Part shown: piece after piece, positions 22,574 to 33,560 of the stretch
How the letters are laid out: each line of letters opens with the position of its first letter
Numbering within the stretch: the stretch's first letter is position 1
Source of the DNA: Nitrospirota bacterium
GTDB lineage: Bacteria > Nitrospirota > Nitrospiria > Nitrospirales > NS-4
DNA: 64,000 nt
Direction of reading: 5' to 3'
Assembly: GCA_963788195.1 (NCBI GenBank)
Contig: CAWBGA010000017.1
Span: forward strand, 576,001 to 640,000
Made by a program: the position numbers and the translations under genes
The notes under the pieces: model-generated
Told to the model about the DNA's origin: nothing
What the model saw: the letters and a program-made list of their open reading frames with translations, nothing else
Databases searched by the model: none

Positions 22574-22854
22574 GAGTGTTTCTTTCTTCGCCGACGTCGG
22601 TACGCCACAAGCGGCTTACCCGTGAGCTCGTACGCCGTGATCACGAACACGCTATCTCGTTCCTGATCGGGCACATAAATGACGCGGACATATCGACCCG
22701 CCCGGGTTCGGCCGATGGCGATTCGGGCTCCTTCGCGCCCGCTTCGATCCTCGCCTGGTTTTTTCAATACCTCTTCTACTTCATCTTCGTCAACCCTGTG
22801 ATGATAAATGTGCGGCATTTGCGTCTCGGGATCGATATAGAACCGAACATTCAT
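22570..22854 (-). CDS. BrnT/DUF4258-like toxin
   Basis: HIYHH.VDEDEVEEVL...AIGRT.AGRYVRVIY...FVITAY. Confidence 0.75.
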   Translation of the reverse strand: MNVRFYIDPETQMPHIYHHRVDEDEVEEVLKKPGEDRSGREGARIAIGRTRAGRYVRVIYVPDQERDSVFVITAYELTGKPLVAYRRRRRKKHS

Positions 22855-22986
22855 GCTGATTCTCACATGTTTTAGAGAGGAAAACACCACTAAGAGTCAG
22901 TCGAATTGTGCCCTCCCGCAATGAGACACGGGCCAACGCGATCCGTATAGGCTAACTTTTCAGAATCTGCGACGGGCGATCGCCTC

Positions 22987-23031
22987 TGTCATGCTGAGCA
23001 AAGTCGGAAGCATCTAGCTTATTCAGAATTC
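22987..23031 (+). repeat. Family-A repeat with TATTCAGAATT tail
   Basis: TGTCATGCTGAGCAAAGTCGGAAGCATCTAGCTTATTCAGAATTC. Confidence 0.8.
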
Positions 23032-23754
23032 GGCGGCAGAGGAAGAATCATCGTAAGTTGATAAGAACCCCCGCGAGGTCAGGCGAGAGGCATGAGATGG
23101 TCTTATGCAGCCCGTCCGCTGCGAGGGGTCAGTTTTTGAAACGCTGCAGACAGCAATCATGCACAATACCGCACCTGCCAATGCCACCGTCGTATCTTTT
23201 TGAGCATCCCAAATGTCGCCCTGCGTGCCCAGATAGGCATCCCCTAACTCAGGGCTGACGATCCGCGCGACCCACGACTCGATGATCTCGAACATTCCGC
23301 TGAATGCAAGTGTCATGGTGACGGCCATCACGGGCGCCCAGGCGCCTCTGACCCGCCCGTAGCGTACCAGGACTTCCCAAAACGGATAGGACATCAGGAG
23401 ACCGAACGAAAAATGAACAATTCGATCAAAATGATTGCGCGTGAGATCAAGTGCCTGCGCCAACCAATATCCGAGAGGGACTTGCGAATACGTATAGTGG
23501 GCCCCCACGGCGTGAAGCGTCATGAAGATGGTAATGAGCACATACGACACATCCGACAGCGGAAACGACCGGTACGTTGCAATGAGAACGCCGAGAGAAA
23601 TCAAGGCGAGCAGGTTCTCGAGCATCCAATCGCTGCGATCAACCGGCGAGATCGCCATGAACACCCAAAACACAATGTACCAGCCCAGCAGAGCTGCATG
23701 GAGCGGATGCTCGCGAACAAATTTCTTGGCACGCTCGAGGCGAGAGATTTTCAT
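23023..23754 (-). CDS. DUF2238 (YjdF-like) membrane protein
   Basis: W.LEN, GAHYTYSQVP, RNHFDRIVHF, GTQGDIWDAQKD; start inferred at ATG 23754. Confidence 0.85.
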   Translation of the reverse strand: MKISRLERAKKFVREHPLHAALLGWYIVFWVFMAISPVDRSDWMLENLLALISLGVLIATYRSFPLSDVSYVLITIFMTLHAVGAHYTYSQVPLGYWLAQALDLTRNHFDRIVHFSFGLLMSYPFWEVLVRYGRVRGAWAPVMAVTMTLAFSGMFEIIESWVARIVSPELGDAYLGTQGDIWDAQKDTTVALAGAVLCMIAVCSVSKTDPSQRTGCIRPSHASRLTSRGFLSTYDDSSSAAEF

Positions 23755-24485
23755 GTAGACAGTTCTGAAGGCTCGAAGGCAGAGTCGTGAACCGGCTGAA
23801 TTGTTTCCCGCCTCCAGAGACGCTGCACGACGATCATTACAATCACGCTCAGAAGTGATCCATAGAGTGCCGCGGCCATATCGTTTTGGGCATCCCATAC
23901 ATCGCCTTGGGCGCCAAGATAGTTCAATCCCGTCCCAGGGCTCACGAGTTGCGCGAGCCAGGATTCCAGAATCTCCCATACGGCGCTCATGCCGACCACT
24001 GCGCTGACCGACAGGGTCACGGCTAACGTCCGGTGGACCTTCAACCCCCGAAGAAATATCTCGCATAGGGGGTGGGTCATCAGTAAACCGAAACAAAAAT
24101 GCACGACCCGATCAAAACCATTGCGATGGAGCCCAAATGCGTCCTTCATCCAGTCGCCCAGCGGCACCTGCGCATAGGTATAGTGCGAGCCGATAACATG
24201 CAGGATCATAAACAGGGTGATCAGCAAGTACGACAAGGTAGAGAATCGAAATCGTTTATAGCTTGTCACAAGCGCAACTAGAAAGACCGATGGCGTCGCA
24301 TTCTGGATTAACCAATCGACGCGGCTGACGGGAGAAATCGCCATGACGCCCCAGATCAGCACATAACAGGCCGCAAGCAATGTAAGAGAGAGAACATGAT
24401 TCGGAACCGTCTCGCTATCCGACGCCATCGAATTCTGTGGTCTGGGGTCCTTGAGCTCAGTCGTGGAATGATGCATGTGCCGCAA
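23751..24485 (-). CDS. DUF2238 membrane protein (tandem paralog)
   Basis: GSHYTYAQVP, RNGFDRVVHF, GAQGDVWDAQND. Confidence 0.85.
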   Translation of the reverse strand: MRHMHHSTTELKDPRPQNSMASDSETVPNHVLSLTLLAACYVLIWGVMAISPVSRVDWLIQNATPSVFLVALVTSYKRFRFSTLSYLLITLFMILHVIGSHYTYAQVPLGDWMKDAFGLHRNGFDRVVHFCFGLLMTHPLCEIFLRGLKVHRTLAVTLSVSAVVGMSAVWEILESWLAQLVSPGTGLNYLGAQGDVWDAQNDMAAALYGSLLSVIVMIVVQRLWRRETIQPVHDSAFEPSELST

Positions 24486-24503
24486 TTGTGTTTAAGCTTG
24501 CAA

Positions 24504-24836
24504 CTACTTTTTGTTGTACAAGCCCAGGATGTCGGACTCGCGGACGAGAACGAGTTCCTTACCGTCCAGGTCGACCGGAGTCGTTCCGTATTTCTCGTAG
24601 AGCACCTGGTCGCCCGGTTTAAGGACCGTGGCATTGAAGACCTTTTCCTCTTTCTCTTTTGGTTTACTTCCCCACTTCTTTTCCGGTGTTTCCAAGCGCC
24701 CCTTCCCCACGGCCAAGACTTTTCCCTCTACAGGTTTCTCCTTGGCCGCGTCGGGGATGAACAGCCCCCCGGCGGTCTTTTCCTTGGCCTCCGACGGTTC
24801 GATCAGCACCCAATCATGTAACGGTTGAATTCCCAT
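24504..24836 (-). CDS. groES: Co-chaperonin GroES (no adjacent groEL)
   Basis: IQPLHDWVLIE...KTAGGLFIPDAAKEKP.EGKVLAVGKG...ESDILG. Confidence 0.9.
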   Translation of the reverse strand: MGIQPLHDWVLIEPSEAKEKTAGGLFIPDAAKEKPVEGKVLAVGKGRLETPEKKWGSKPKEKEEKVFNATVLKPGDQVLYEKYGTTPVDLDGKELVLVRESDILGLYNKK

Positions 24837-24991
24837 GGTGATTCCTCCTACTTTGATGCTGACTATAGATATCTACGCTCTGTTTTGCGGTTCTTTCGAA
24901 ATTAGCACCTCTCCTGTTACCTTAGCAGCCCTAATAGTACCGCGTGACAACGGTAATCACCAGCCAGCCTTGGCCTTCTCTGATCGCAAAA

Positions 24992-25033
24992 GAGAATCCT
25001 CTCCCCCGGAGGGAGAGGGCGAGGGTGAGGGGG
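24992..25033. repeat. Family-B repeat
   Basis: GAGAATCCTCTCCCCCGGAGGGAGAGGGCGAGGGTGAGGGG, near-identical to 37338-37380. Confidence 0.8.
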
Positions 25034-25053
25034 AAGACGAGAAAATACGTTGA

Positions 25054-25257
25054 CTAAGATTTCAGAGGTAACGCTTCGGCTTCTAACTTAGAGAGATCAA
25101 CGATCTTGCTGGCATGGTCAATATCAATGCCCACCACCTGGCCGGCCGCATCGAGATCCAAGACGACCCCTGGGGCAACTTCACGGGAATCCACGCCCAC
25201 CTTTTGGGAAAGGTCGATGTACAAGGAATCCGTCTCCTGAAAGTAATGGACCTTCAT
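25054..25257 (-). CDS. DUF2283 protein
   Basis: MKVHYFQETDSLYIDL...DLDAAGQVVGIDIDHAS. Confidence 0.85.
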   Translation of the reverse strand: MKVHYFQETDSLYIDLSQKVGVDSREVAPGVVLDLDAAGQVVGIDIDHASKIVDLSKLEAEALPLKS

Positions 25258-25261
25258 GCAC

Positions 25262-25492
25262 TTACCCTTTGAAGTTCCGATCAATGAACGCATTATGCAC
25301 AGTTACCATATCCTCTAATGTCACCACACGCAAGTACGCGTTGCGTTCCGCGATAAAAATCCAATGTCGGACCCTTCCATCAGGCTGCGCTTCGCGGCGA
25401 ACGAACTCTCGCAACGCCTGTTCACACCAGTCACGGCGTATGTAAGGGCGCTTGCGCAAAACCTGTTCTTCAAAGTACCGAGTCGTTCTCAC
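25262..25492 (-). CDS. Small RelE-like putative toxin upstream of DUF2283
   Basis: QPDGRVRHW...YLRVVTLED..TVHNAFIDR. Confidence 0.65.
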   Translation of the reverse strand: MRTTRYFEEQVLRKRPYIRRDWCEQALREFVRREAQPDGRVRHWIFIAERNAYLRVVTLEDMVTVHNAFIDRNFKG

Positions 25493-25681
25493 CTTCAGTC
25501 CATTTGAGAATCGGTCAAATTGCGACCTTGAATCGCAGAGACTTCGCCGATCAGCTATGAGACACGGCAGTCTAGCGTTCGTCTAGCGGCGGATGGTCGG
25601 GATCTGTCACCGTTTCAGTCTACTGAATCGGTGCCTGTCGACATTTCCAGGCGAGCGTACAGCTCGGACGTCGAATGGGAT

Positions 25682-26614
25682 TCAGATGATTCTGTTCGCA
25701 TGTTCGAGGACCTCGTCTGCCGAGGGAGGTTCTGCTTTTCTTCCGGGCCGGCCAGGGTATTTTGTCCGCGCCGTTAAGAAGCCAAAAACCAAAAGGGCAC
25801 CGCTCACTAGTGCTATAAGAGACTGCCACACCCATTCATAATCGGCGACTCGGATACGACTATAGTACGGCGGGATGGTACGGTGCTCGACTTGAATCCG
25901 TTCTTCTATGTGTAAGGCATCCCATTGGTCCTTAGGCACATTGCCACCGATTAGTTGTTGCTCGCCTAGCGCATTTATGAAGCGACAGTTGATCAAATAT
26001 CCTGTAGCCCCGCCCCGGAGGCTGGAAGGCGCTTCATGCTTGCCTATGATCGTACAGGGGACACTCTTACTCGGGCTCATGCGTTGTTCAACCAGTGCAA
26101 TCTGTACGATGTTGGGTACTGTGACGAGTAGTGATACGACTCCGATAGCTCCATACCACGGCAATCGGTTCAAGATGCGCGTCTTTGATACCTCCGGCTC
26201 AGTGTTTACCCTCAGCCGGGTCAATTGATGCCATACAAATGCTGCGCGAGCAGATCTGATGTTGATCCATAAGACGAGTAGGACCGGGAGTATGCCCACG
26301 GGCAGGTACTGGTATACGGAATTGTCGATGATCACTTCGCATGCCACTAACGTCATTGCCAAAGCGGCAATGCGGCTTGTAAATCTGTAGAGCAAGGATG
26401 CCAGCGCCGCGTACAGCACACCCGGGACCGCCCCAATCGCTCCCCCATCCGGCATACCGAATAAGAGATATGGTGCGCCCGGCGGCATCACGCCATATAA
26501 CGCGCCGTATATGACGAGCACTCCAGCAACAAAGAATGAAAAGTTCGATGCGTGGTAAATTATTCTTTCCGCTTGGTCCGACGTCCCTATTTCACCCCAC
26601 CAGAGATTATTCAT
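25682..26614 (-). CDS. Multi-pass membrane protein
   Basis: 310-aa ORF with several hydrophobic helices. Confidence 0.6.
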   Translation of the reverse strand: MNNLWWGEIGTSDQAERIIYHASNFSFFVAGVLVIYGALYGVMPPGAPYLLFGMPDGGAIGAVPGVLYAALASLLYRFTSRIAALAMTLVACEVIIDNSVYQYLPVGILPVLLVLWINIRSARAAFVWHQLTRLRVNTEPEVSKTRILNRLPWYGAIGVVSLLVTVPNIVQIALVEQRMSPSKSVPCTIIGKHEAPSSLRGGATGYLINCRFINALGEQQLIGGNVPKDQWDALHIEERIQVEHRTIPPYYSRIRVADYEWVWQSLIALVSGALLVFGFLTARTKYPGRPGRKAEPPSADEVLEHANRII

Positions 26615-27061
26615 AGAATCCCGCGTAAGACTTTATCGGCCGGGGTCGGCTGTGCCGGTTCGTTTTGGCGCTCAATGTTTACTTCGCTCATCTAACTTTA
26701 CGTTTAATGGCCTACAGTGAGATACTATCAGAGTTTCTACTATGATCCAACTTTTCAGTCTAAAACAATTCTACGCGCACCGGATGACTGGGGCTGAAAG
26801 TATTCCGCGTCCCCCCAAACAGCGTTAGGCTTGACGTAACGCGCGAGGCGCTCTCCAAGACACACACCAATTCCGAGCATCAGGCTCTCTTCGGCCGACC
26901 CTGGCCATCGTGATCCTCGCAGCCTTCCTCATTCAGCGCTTCTTCGTGCGGGTCTAGTGTGGGGTACGCTGTCGGTCAGGGCCTGGTTCTCTTTTCATTC
27001 TGATGAAAAGGTTGCCTGACCCCCTTCTTGTGCACGCAGCATCGTCATCCTTGTATCTTGA

Positions 27062-28195
<1,134 letters not shown>

Positions 28196-28278
28196 CATGA
28201 AGAAGTCCTGAGCGCCCATTTGCTGAGCGAAGTCGAAGCACTTATTCGGGGCGAGGCTGACCTCGGCGTGGCAGGTGA

Positions 28279-28632
28279 TTAAGATCGTTGACTAATCCTG
28301 ATCAGTCCCGGACTAGCGACAACAAAACCGCCGATAAGATCCTCTTTCTTCTTTTTGATCAGATCAATGATATCTTGACACATTGCACTTCGCGCGTTAA
28401 CAGGGTAGCGAATGAGGATGACGCCTGATGATTCACTCAGGCTTGCATAAACTAGTCTCCCGAAGTCCTTGTCTTCTGTGATAAGGATTCTTTCTTCTCT
28501 AACGGCTAGCCCAATTACCGCCTCGTCTTCAGCTCCTGAAAAGGTTTCTGATATTGCAACAACATCGTGCTTTGCAGCACGCAATGCGCGAACAACTGCA
28601 AAGTCGCAACTCTCATCCACAAGAAAACGCAC
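28279..28632 (-). CDS. DUF5615 PIN-like toxin
   Basis: MRFLVDES...DEAVI...ILITEDKDFG. Confidence 0.85.
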   Translation of the reverse strand: MRFLVDESCDFAVVRALRAAKHDVVAISETFSGAEDEAVIGLAVREERILITEDKDFGRLVYASLSESSGVILIRYPVNARSAMCQDIIDLIKKKKEDLIGGFVVASPGLIRISQRS

Positions 28633-28635
28633 CTC

Positions 28636-28890
28636 TTAGCGCTTTTTTCGCTTTCGTGGCGAATGTTCCTTTGTTACGATTTCTTCATGCGCAACGCTGT
28701 CCGCCCCATATGCCATGGCAGCTTGGATGTCTGCCGCTTTTAGACGAGGGTACGCATCGAGCAAATGCTTTTCGGTAGCACCTTCGCTTAATTTCCGAAG
28801 GATTAGCTCCACGGGAATACGTGTGCCTCTGATAACGGGTTTTCCCATCATCAGCTTGGGATTGATCTCGATCTTATCAGCGATCGTCAT
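28636..28890 (-). CDS. DUF433 antitoxin
   Basis: GKPVIRGTRIPVELIL...YPRL...DIQAA. Confidence 0.9.
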   Translation of the reverse strand: MTIADKIEINPKLMMGKPVIRGTRIPVELILRKLSEGATEKHLLDAYPRLKAADIQAAMAYGADSVAHEEIVTKEHSPRKRKKR

Positions 28891-28994
28891 AGTCGCCCTC
28901 CATCGGACATACTTCTCCGCTTGGCTACTTGTCGAGGCACAGCTCTGGACAACTAAACAATCTTATCACAAGGTGAGATGGCTTCCTGACAGCA

Positions 28995-29030
28995 GATCTC
29001 CCCGCTCGAGATCTGCGGGAGCCTTGGCAT
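28995..29030 (-). pseudogene. HicA 5' stub
   Basis: TAATG overlap with hicB, reads MPRLPQISSGEI then loses similarity. Confidence 0.5.
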
Positions 29031-29266
29031 TAAGGAATGCTAACCGTCAACTCTTCGATATATACACGCTTTTCTTGATGAGGAATTGGTTGACCGTGAG
29101 CAAGGAGTGACTCAAGATGCTGCTCGATCGCCCCTCGCATGTTGCGCTTGGCATCGTCAACAGTTCTTCCATTGCTGAAGCAGCCGACCAGGCTCGGAGC
29201 GTAGGCAAAATAGCCCTCGTCCTCGGCTTCTTTCTCAACGACAATCTCGACCTTGTATTCCTTCAT
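29030..29266 (-). CDS. hicB: HicB-like antitoxin
   Basis: EGYFAYAPSLVGCFSNGRTVDDAKRNMRGAI. Confidence 0.85.
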   Translation of the reverse strand: MKEYKVEIVVEKEAEDEGYFAYAPSLVGCFSNGRTVDDAKRNMRGAIEQHLESLLAHGQPIPHQEKRVYIEELTVSIP

Positions 29267-29558
29267 AAATTCCTCTTAGGGATGGATTATACACTAGTGC
29301 TCAAGCAACTCCAGTATGCGCTCACGGCGCGGATTCCTTTCGCAGCCTCCCAGGATCTGCGCGAAGGATCTGGGTGTCAGATACGAACCTTCGTCAGCGT
29401 TACAACCCCCGGCCGGTTTTAGCCGCCTTCTGCTGAGCTTCATGGCAATTCACACCCACACAACTAGCATATTATACTTAAATGTACAGTCTTACTTATA
29501 ATTTGACTTCGTGATCAAGAAGCTGATTAACTAAACTCTTGCTTTACGGAACAACAAC

Positions 29559-30338
29559 TTGAAGCGCTCGCCCTTAAAAACGCCGGCCTTACCTCAAGCC
29601 GGACAATCGACTGCCCAACGTATCGATACGCTTATTGAGAAGAAGCGGCTGGAACCTGTACTGATGGCGATCGTTGCTACCGTGTGGGCAATGGTCGAGT
29701 GGGTACGATGGCTATTTTCGCTTCCGCCGACGCCTATTCCTCTCACCATCATAGCCATAGGTTTCTGCTTCTATGCATTTGTCCGACTCCGTGGCAGCGA
29801 AAGTGAACTACACAATTTGCGACTGGGCAGAGACGGTGAGCAGGTGGTTGCAGAAGAGCTAGAACGTCTTCGCGTACTCGGGTACGAAGTATTTCACGAT
29901 GTTTGCTCTTACGGTTCTAATATCGACCATGTCTTAGCAGGGCCAGGGGGCGTGTTCACAGTTGAGACGAAGACGTGCAGCAAGCGAGTAAAAGGAAATC
30001 CGACTGTGACCTTCGATGGGTCAATCATCAGAGTTGACGGCCACACGTTGGACCGTGATCCAGTGATTCAGGCGAAAGCTCAGGCCGCCGACCTTCGAAA
30101 CCTCATCAAATCAATGACTGGAGAAAATATCCGAGTAAGACCAATTGTCGTGTTTCCGGGATGGTTCATCGAATCCAATTCATATGCAGCGACTGATGTC
30201 TGGGTGCTTAATCCAAAATCGCTCGCTGCCTTTCTCCGAAATGAGCGGATCGTTTTGCCGGTAGAGAAGGTTTCCCTCATCATGCACCATCTAACGCAGC
30301 ACATCCAACATACAGAGCGTCAGTTAAAAGCCAACTGA
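29559..30338 (+). CDS. NERD (nuclease-related domain) membrane protein
   Basis: G.DGEQ.VAEEL...HD....NIDHVL.GPGGVFTVETK. Confidence 0.85.
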   Translation: MKRSPLKTPALPQAGQSTAQRIDTLIEKKRLEPVLMAIVATVWAMVEWVRWLFSLPPTPIPLTIIAIGFCFYAFVRLRGSESELHNLRLGRDGEQVVAEELERLRVLGYEVFHDVCSYGSNIDHVLAGPGGVFTVETKTCSKRVKGNPTVTFDGSIIRVDGHTLDRDPVIQAKAQAADLRNLIKSMTGENIRVRPIVVFPGWFIESNSYAATDVWVLNPKSLAAFLRNERIVLPVEKVSLIMHHLTQHIQHTERQLKAN

Positions 30339-30419
30339 CTGATCTTTTCAGCGAACAGTGCCTGTCCCCGTATACCAGCCGCAAAGTCTCGAGCCTGAAT
30401 CCGATTGTTCCGTTGCTTG

Positions 30420-30692
30420 TTAGCGGCGGCGGTACCGCGTTTTGTCCGAATAGACCGGCATGACAAGTCCATCAGCAACCAGACGCTGGAGTATCGTCCA
30501 GGTTATCCAATGCTCCTGTTTTCTCTCTGACGCGCGATCAAGTTGAATTCCTAAGCCGCAAAGGCGTTCTATCTCTATAGCGCCAAGCCCTGGGCCATCC
30601 CTTGAGCCGCGAGGATCACGGGAAAAAGTCGTCAGAACGTGCTCTTTCAACTCGTCTATGAGAGCATGACCACGCTTCTGAAAGTCGTCCAT
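30420..30692 (-). CDS. Hypothetical protein
   Basis: GGAGG RBS before ATG 30692, 90 aa. Confidence 0.5.
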   Translation of the reverse strand: MDDFQKRGHALIDELKEHVLTTFSRDPRGSRDGPGLGAIEIERLCGLGIQLDRASERKQEHWITWTILQRLVADGLVMPVYSDKTRYRRR

Positions 30693-30744
30693 CCAGCATC
30701 CTCCGTTCGCAGCACTGCCTGAATGCGTCCAGCGTCGCTTAGGC

Positions 30745-30955
30745 CAGTGAACGCATACGGTAATGTTCTTCTCCCGCCGCGTCCGGTTTTTGACCTCGCA
30801 ATTTTCGAGGTCAAAGCGTCGTTTTCTTCCGCAGTCAACTGGAAAACACAATCAATGGGAAAACGCTTTTTGTTTCTTCACCTGCTCATTGAGCTGCCCG
30901 TCAGCACACCATAAAGCCCGGCCAAATCTGCTGCTAACATCACTCTGTGTCCTAG
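30745..30955 (-). pseudogene. Degenerate ORF6N-domain gene fragment
   Basis: GHRVMLAADLAGLYGV...LNEQVK...RGGRRTLPYAFT with frameshifts. Confidence 0.7.
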
Positions 30956-31006
30956 ATTCTGCGGGAAGGATTTTGCGTTCAGAATCGGGCGTGAGGCAAT
31001 CCCGTC

Positions 31007-31072
31007 CGTCATGCTGAGCCCTTCGGCCATGCTCAGGATAGACTCCGCGAAGGATCTGGCCTATTCAGAATT
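31007..31072 (+). repeat. Family-A repeat, long nested form with tail
   Basis: CGTCATGCTGAGCCCTTCGGCCATGCTCAGGATAGACTCCGCGAAGGATCTGGCCTATTCAGAATT. Confidence 0.85.
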
Positions 31073-31105
31073 GAGCCAGGGAGCGAGTGGGAAGAAGCGT
31101 ATTTC

Positions 31106-31372
31106 TCAGGTCGCCACGATGTTCACGTGGGCAGCATAGCCAAGCTGCTTCAGGAGCCGCTCGCAGTCTTCCCACGTCAGGCCGAAAGCCCGCACGTCAG
31201 CTACCCCTAGATGAGCGATCACGTCGCGAATCTCGGTGAAGTGCTCACACTCGAACGCGCTTTCCATCAGCGCTGATTCCGCCCATGTGACAAGCTCAGC
31301 CAGGGAAACATCATGGCGCAGGTAGGCCGCGAGCTTATCCGCAACGGCCTGCCGAGTGATTTCGCCCTTCAT
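31106..31372 (-). CDS. Hypothetical protein (candidate antitoxin/immunity)
   Basis: 88 aa, starts 2 nt after partner stop. Confidence 0.7.
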   Translation of the reverse strand: MKGEITRQAVADKLAAYLRHDVSLAELVTWAESALMESAFECEHFTEIRDVIAHLGVADVRAFGLTWEDCERLLKQLGYAAHVNIVAT

Positions 31373-31374
31373 AT

Positions 31375-31611
31375 TTACGCCTTTCGATGTCCCTCATCTT
31401 CGGGATACTTGTAATGCACTTCGACTAGGCTCCAGCTCGCATCGTAGACCTCTTGATAAAATCGCACTGTTGCTTCCTCGGCGTCAACTTCTTTCACATA
31501 CCTGGCGGTCCAGCCCTGCCGCCCGATTACGTCCAGCCAATACCGCCTTCCGCCGTCGGGCAAGGTTTCCCATTGCGGAAACTTCTTTTCGTTTTGCTCG
31601 CGTGTGCCCAC
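31375..31611 (-). CDS. Hypothetical protein (candidate toxin)
   Basis: AGGAGAG RBS before GTG 31611, 78 aa. Confidence 0.65.
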   Translation of the reverse strand: MGTREQNEKKFPQWETLPDGGRRYWLDVIGRQGWTARYVKEVDAEEATVRFYQEVYDASWSLVEVHYKYPEDEGHRKA

Positions 31612-31855
31612 GCTCTCCTGGCTTCCGCTCCGAATCGGGCTGCTCAATAGCAGGGTCCATAGGGTGAGACACAGCATTCTGGCGTTCGTCTAGCATTTTA
31701 ATCGGCGACTCTGAAGGCGCCTTATCGAAGCATCCTGAGCACAGCCTTGTCAGCCCGAGAATCGCAAAGGATCTATATTTGAGAATTCGGCGGATAATCT
31801 ACTCTGACTCAAATACTTTATTTTGACCGGGTGGCAGGTTTTTCGTCACCACTTA

Positions 31856-32461
31856 CTATTTCTGTTTTTGTGATGCTTTATCCACCTCAACGACGCCGCC
31901 GGTGACGGCATATTTCATCGCTTCGCCGGATGGCACCTGTTCAATCAAACGCACACGCTTGCGGTTCACCATGTAGAGCTGGCCCGCAAAGTTGTAGGCC
32001 TGCGGCACATAGACGGAGGCATATTCTGCACCCAAGTTAAAATTCCGAAGATCCTCATCCGTCAGAAAACCGACAATCCATACCTCATCGGCAAACACAT
32101 TCACCAGGACGGCTTTGTTGAACTTCTTATTGTTGCCGGCCAGGGCTTCAAAAAAACCTCTGATGGACGAATAGAGGAATTTAATCCCAGGCGTTTTTTC
32201 CAACCATCGATCGAAAACACGGATCAGCCGGCCCATCAGAAAGAATGAGCTCACCCATCCGGTGAGGACAACAAATGCCATAATGATCACAAAACCCACG
32301 CCGGGTATGTCGAGATACGGCCGGAGGATGTTGTCAATCTTATTAAAAACCCAATAGAGGGTGAACACCGTGATGGTGATGGGCGCCAGGACGATCAGAC
32401 CTTGGAGAAAATAATATGGCACCGAACGTATTTTCCCCGCCCTATTCATTTTGCCTCTCAA
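31856..32461 (-). CDS. DUF502 membrane protein
   Basis: FLQGLIVLAPITIT...PGIKFLYSSI...VYVPQAYNFAG...KYAVTGG. Confidence 0.85.
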   Translation of the reverse strand: MRGKMNRAGKIRSVPYYFLQGLIVLAPITITVFTLYWVFNKIDNILRPYLDIPGVGFVIIMAFVVLTGWVSSFFLMGRLIRVFDRWLEKTPGIKFLYSSIRGFFEALAGNNKKFNKAVLVNVFADEVWIVGFLTDEDLRNFNLGAEYASVYVPQAYNFAGQLYMVNRKRVRLIEQVPSGEAMKYAVTGGVVEVDKASQKQK

Positions 32462-32586
32462 AGGAAGTAATTAGGGTTGAAACCTTTCCCCGCTCAGGTT
32501 GAATAGTGCCCCAAACAAGGCAGCCTGTCACTTTTTTATTGCACCGGCAGAAGAAATCAGCGTGGCACGAGGGCTGTCTCTCCCGC

Positions 32587-32650
32587 TGTCATCTGAGCCC
32601 TTCGGCAAGCTCAGGACAGGCTCCGCGAAACATCTAGCCTTTGAGATTCC
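32587..32650 (+). repeat. Family-A repeat, long form
   Basis: TGTCATCTGAGCCCTTCGGCAAGCTCAGGACAGGCTCCGCGAAACATCTAGCCTTTGAGATTCC. Confidence 0.8.
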
Positions 32651-32717
32651 AGCAGCATCGGAATTTATCGGGAGCAGTGAAAGCGAGTTTTCTAGCGGGA
32701 AAGAGCTGAGGTGAGCG

Positions 32718-32948
32718 CTACGCGACTTCAGAGGTACGTGCGTGAGTAATATCCCTGGGACTGACAGGCCGAAGTTGTGAAGAGAGCACCGTCGCAACGG
32801 CAGCGGTTTTACCATGCAGGGTGAAGAATTCGACTTCATAGGCTTCACCATGAGGATGGACATGCACTACCGTTCCAACATCACCGGTCTTCATCCCGCC
32901 TTCGGCGAGGTCACTTGTTAAGACAACTTGATCGTGCTCTTTAATCAT
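32718..32948 (-). CDS. DUF4926 protein
   Basis: IKEHDQVVL..DL..G.K.GDVGTVVHV...AYEVEF. Confidence 0.85.
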   Translation of the reverse strand: MIKEHDQVVLTSDLAEGGMKTGDVGTVVHVHPHGEAYEVEFFTLHGKTAAVATVLSSQLRPVSPRDITHARTSEVA

Positions 32949-33130
32949 AGCGGATCGTCAATAGCATACGCGGTAATGAGCCGCGGTATCTTTGTTCCTC
33001 TCTCAATGATCCAGATCGTCCGCATCCTTGGGTTCCGCCCGTCCGGCGATTCTAGTTCGCCCTCCAAAGCATACCGCGTACCATAAGAAGATTCCACACG
33101 TTTAGCGACTGGATGACTCGCGCGTAACTG
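32945..33130 (-). pseudogene. 3' remnant of DUF6883-like gene
   Basis: SYGTRYALEGELESPDGRNPRMRTIWII...PRLITAY*; 5' part missing. Confidence 0.65.
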
Positions 33131-33215
33131 CTACCACGCCCTGCCCAAGTGATCCCCACATCCTTCTCTGCACTTCAAGAAAATTGGTCGTTTCCGATCT
33201 GCGCGCATCGGACTG

Positions 33216-33560
33216 TCATGGTTGGGGACGCGGGGGTGTCATGGAAGGTAACGTCAGTTCTATAAATGTTCCCTTCTGGATCTCCTTGATCGCCTTCTGA
33301 AGCGCAGGCAGTAAAGTGATCACAACGGGGACCTGATTTGTCGGCAAAACAATAAACGAAAGCTGCGATTTGGAGAGATTCTGTTGATACTGAAGTTGCT
33401 TGTCTGCGGTGATGAAAACATCAAACTGTTTCGCTGCGATGGCGAGCAATTCTCCATTCTTCATTCCTGACCAGCCCATTTCTTGCACGGTAGTAATAGA
33501 GAATTCGGTTAAACGCGTCTTAACTAATCGAGGGACAGATTCGTCGAGCAGTACCTTCAA
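33216..33560 (-). CDS. DUF5615 PIN-like toxin
   Basis: MKVLLDESVP...GWSGMKNGELL...FITADK.L.YQQN. Confidence 0.85.
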   Translation of the reverse strand: MKVLLDESVPRLVKTRLTEFSITTVQEMGWSGMKNGELLAIAAKQFDVFITADKQLQYQQNLSKSQLSFIVLPTNQVPVVITLLPALQKAIKEIQKGTFIELTLPSMTPPRPQP

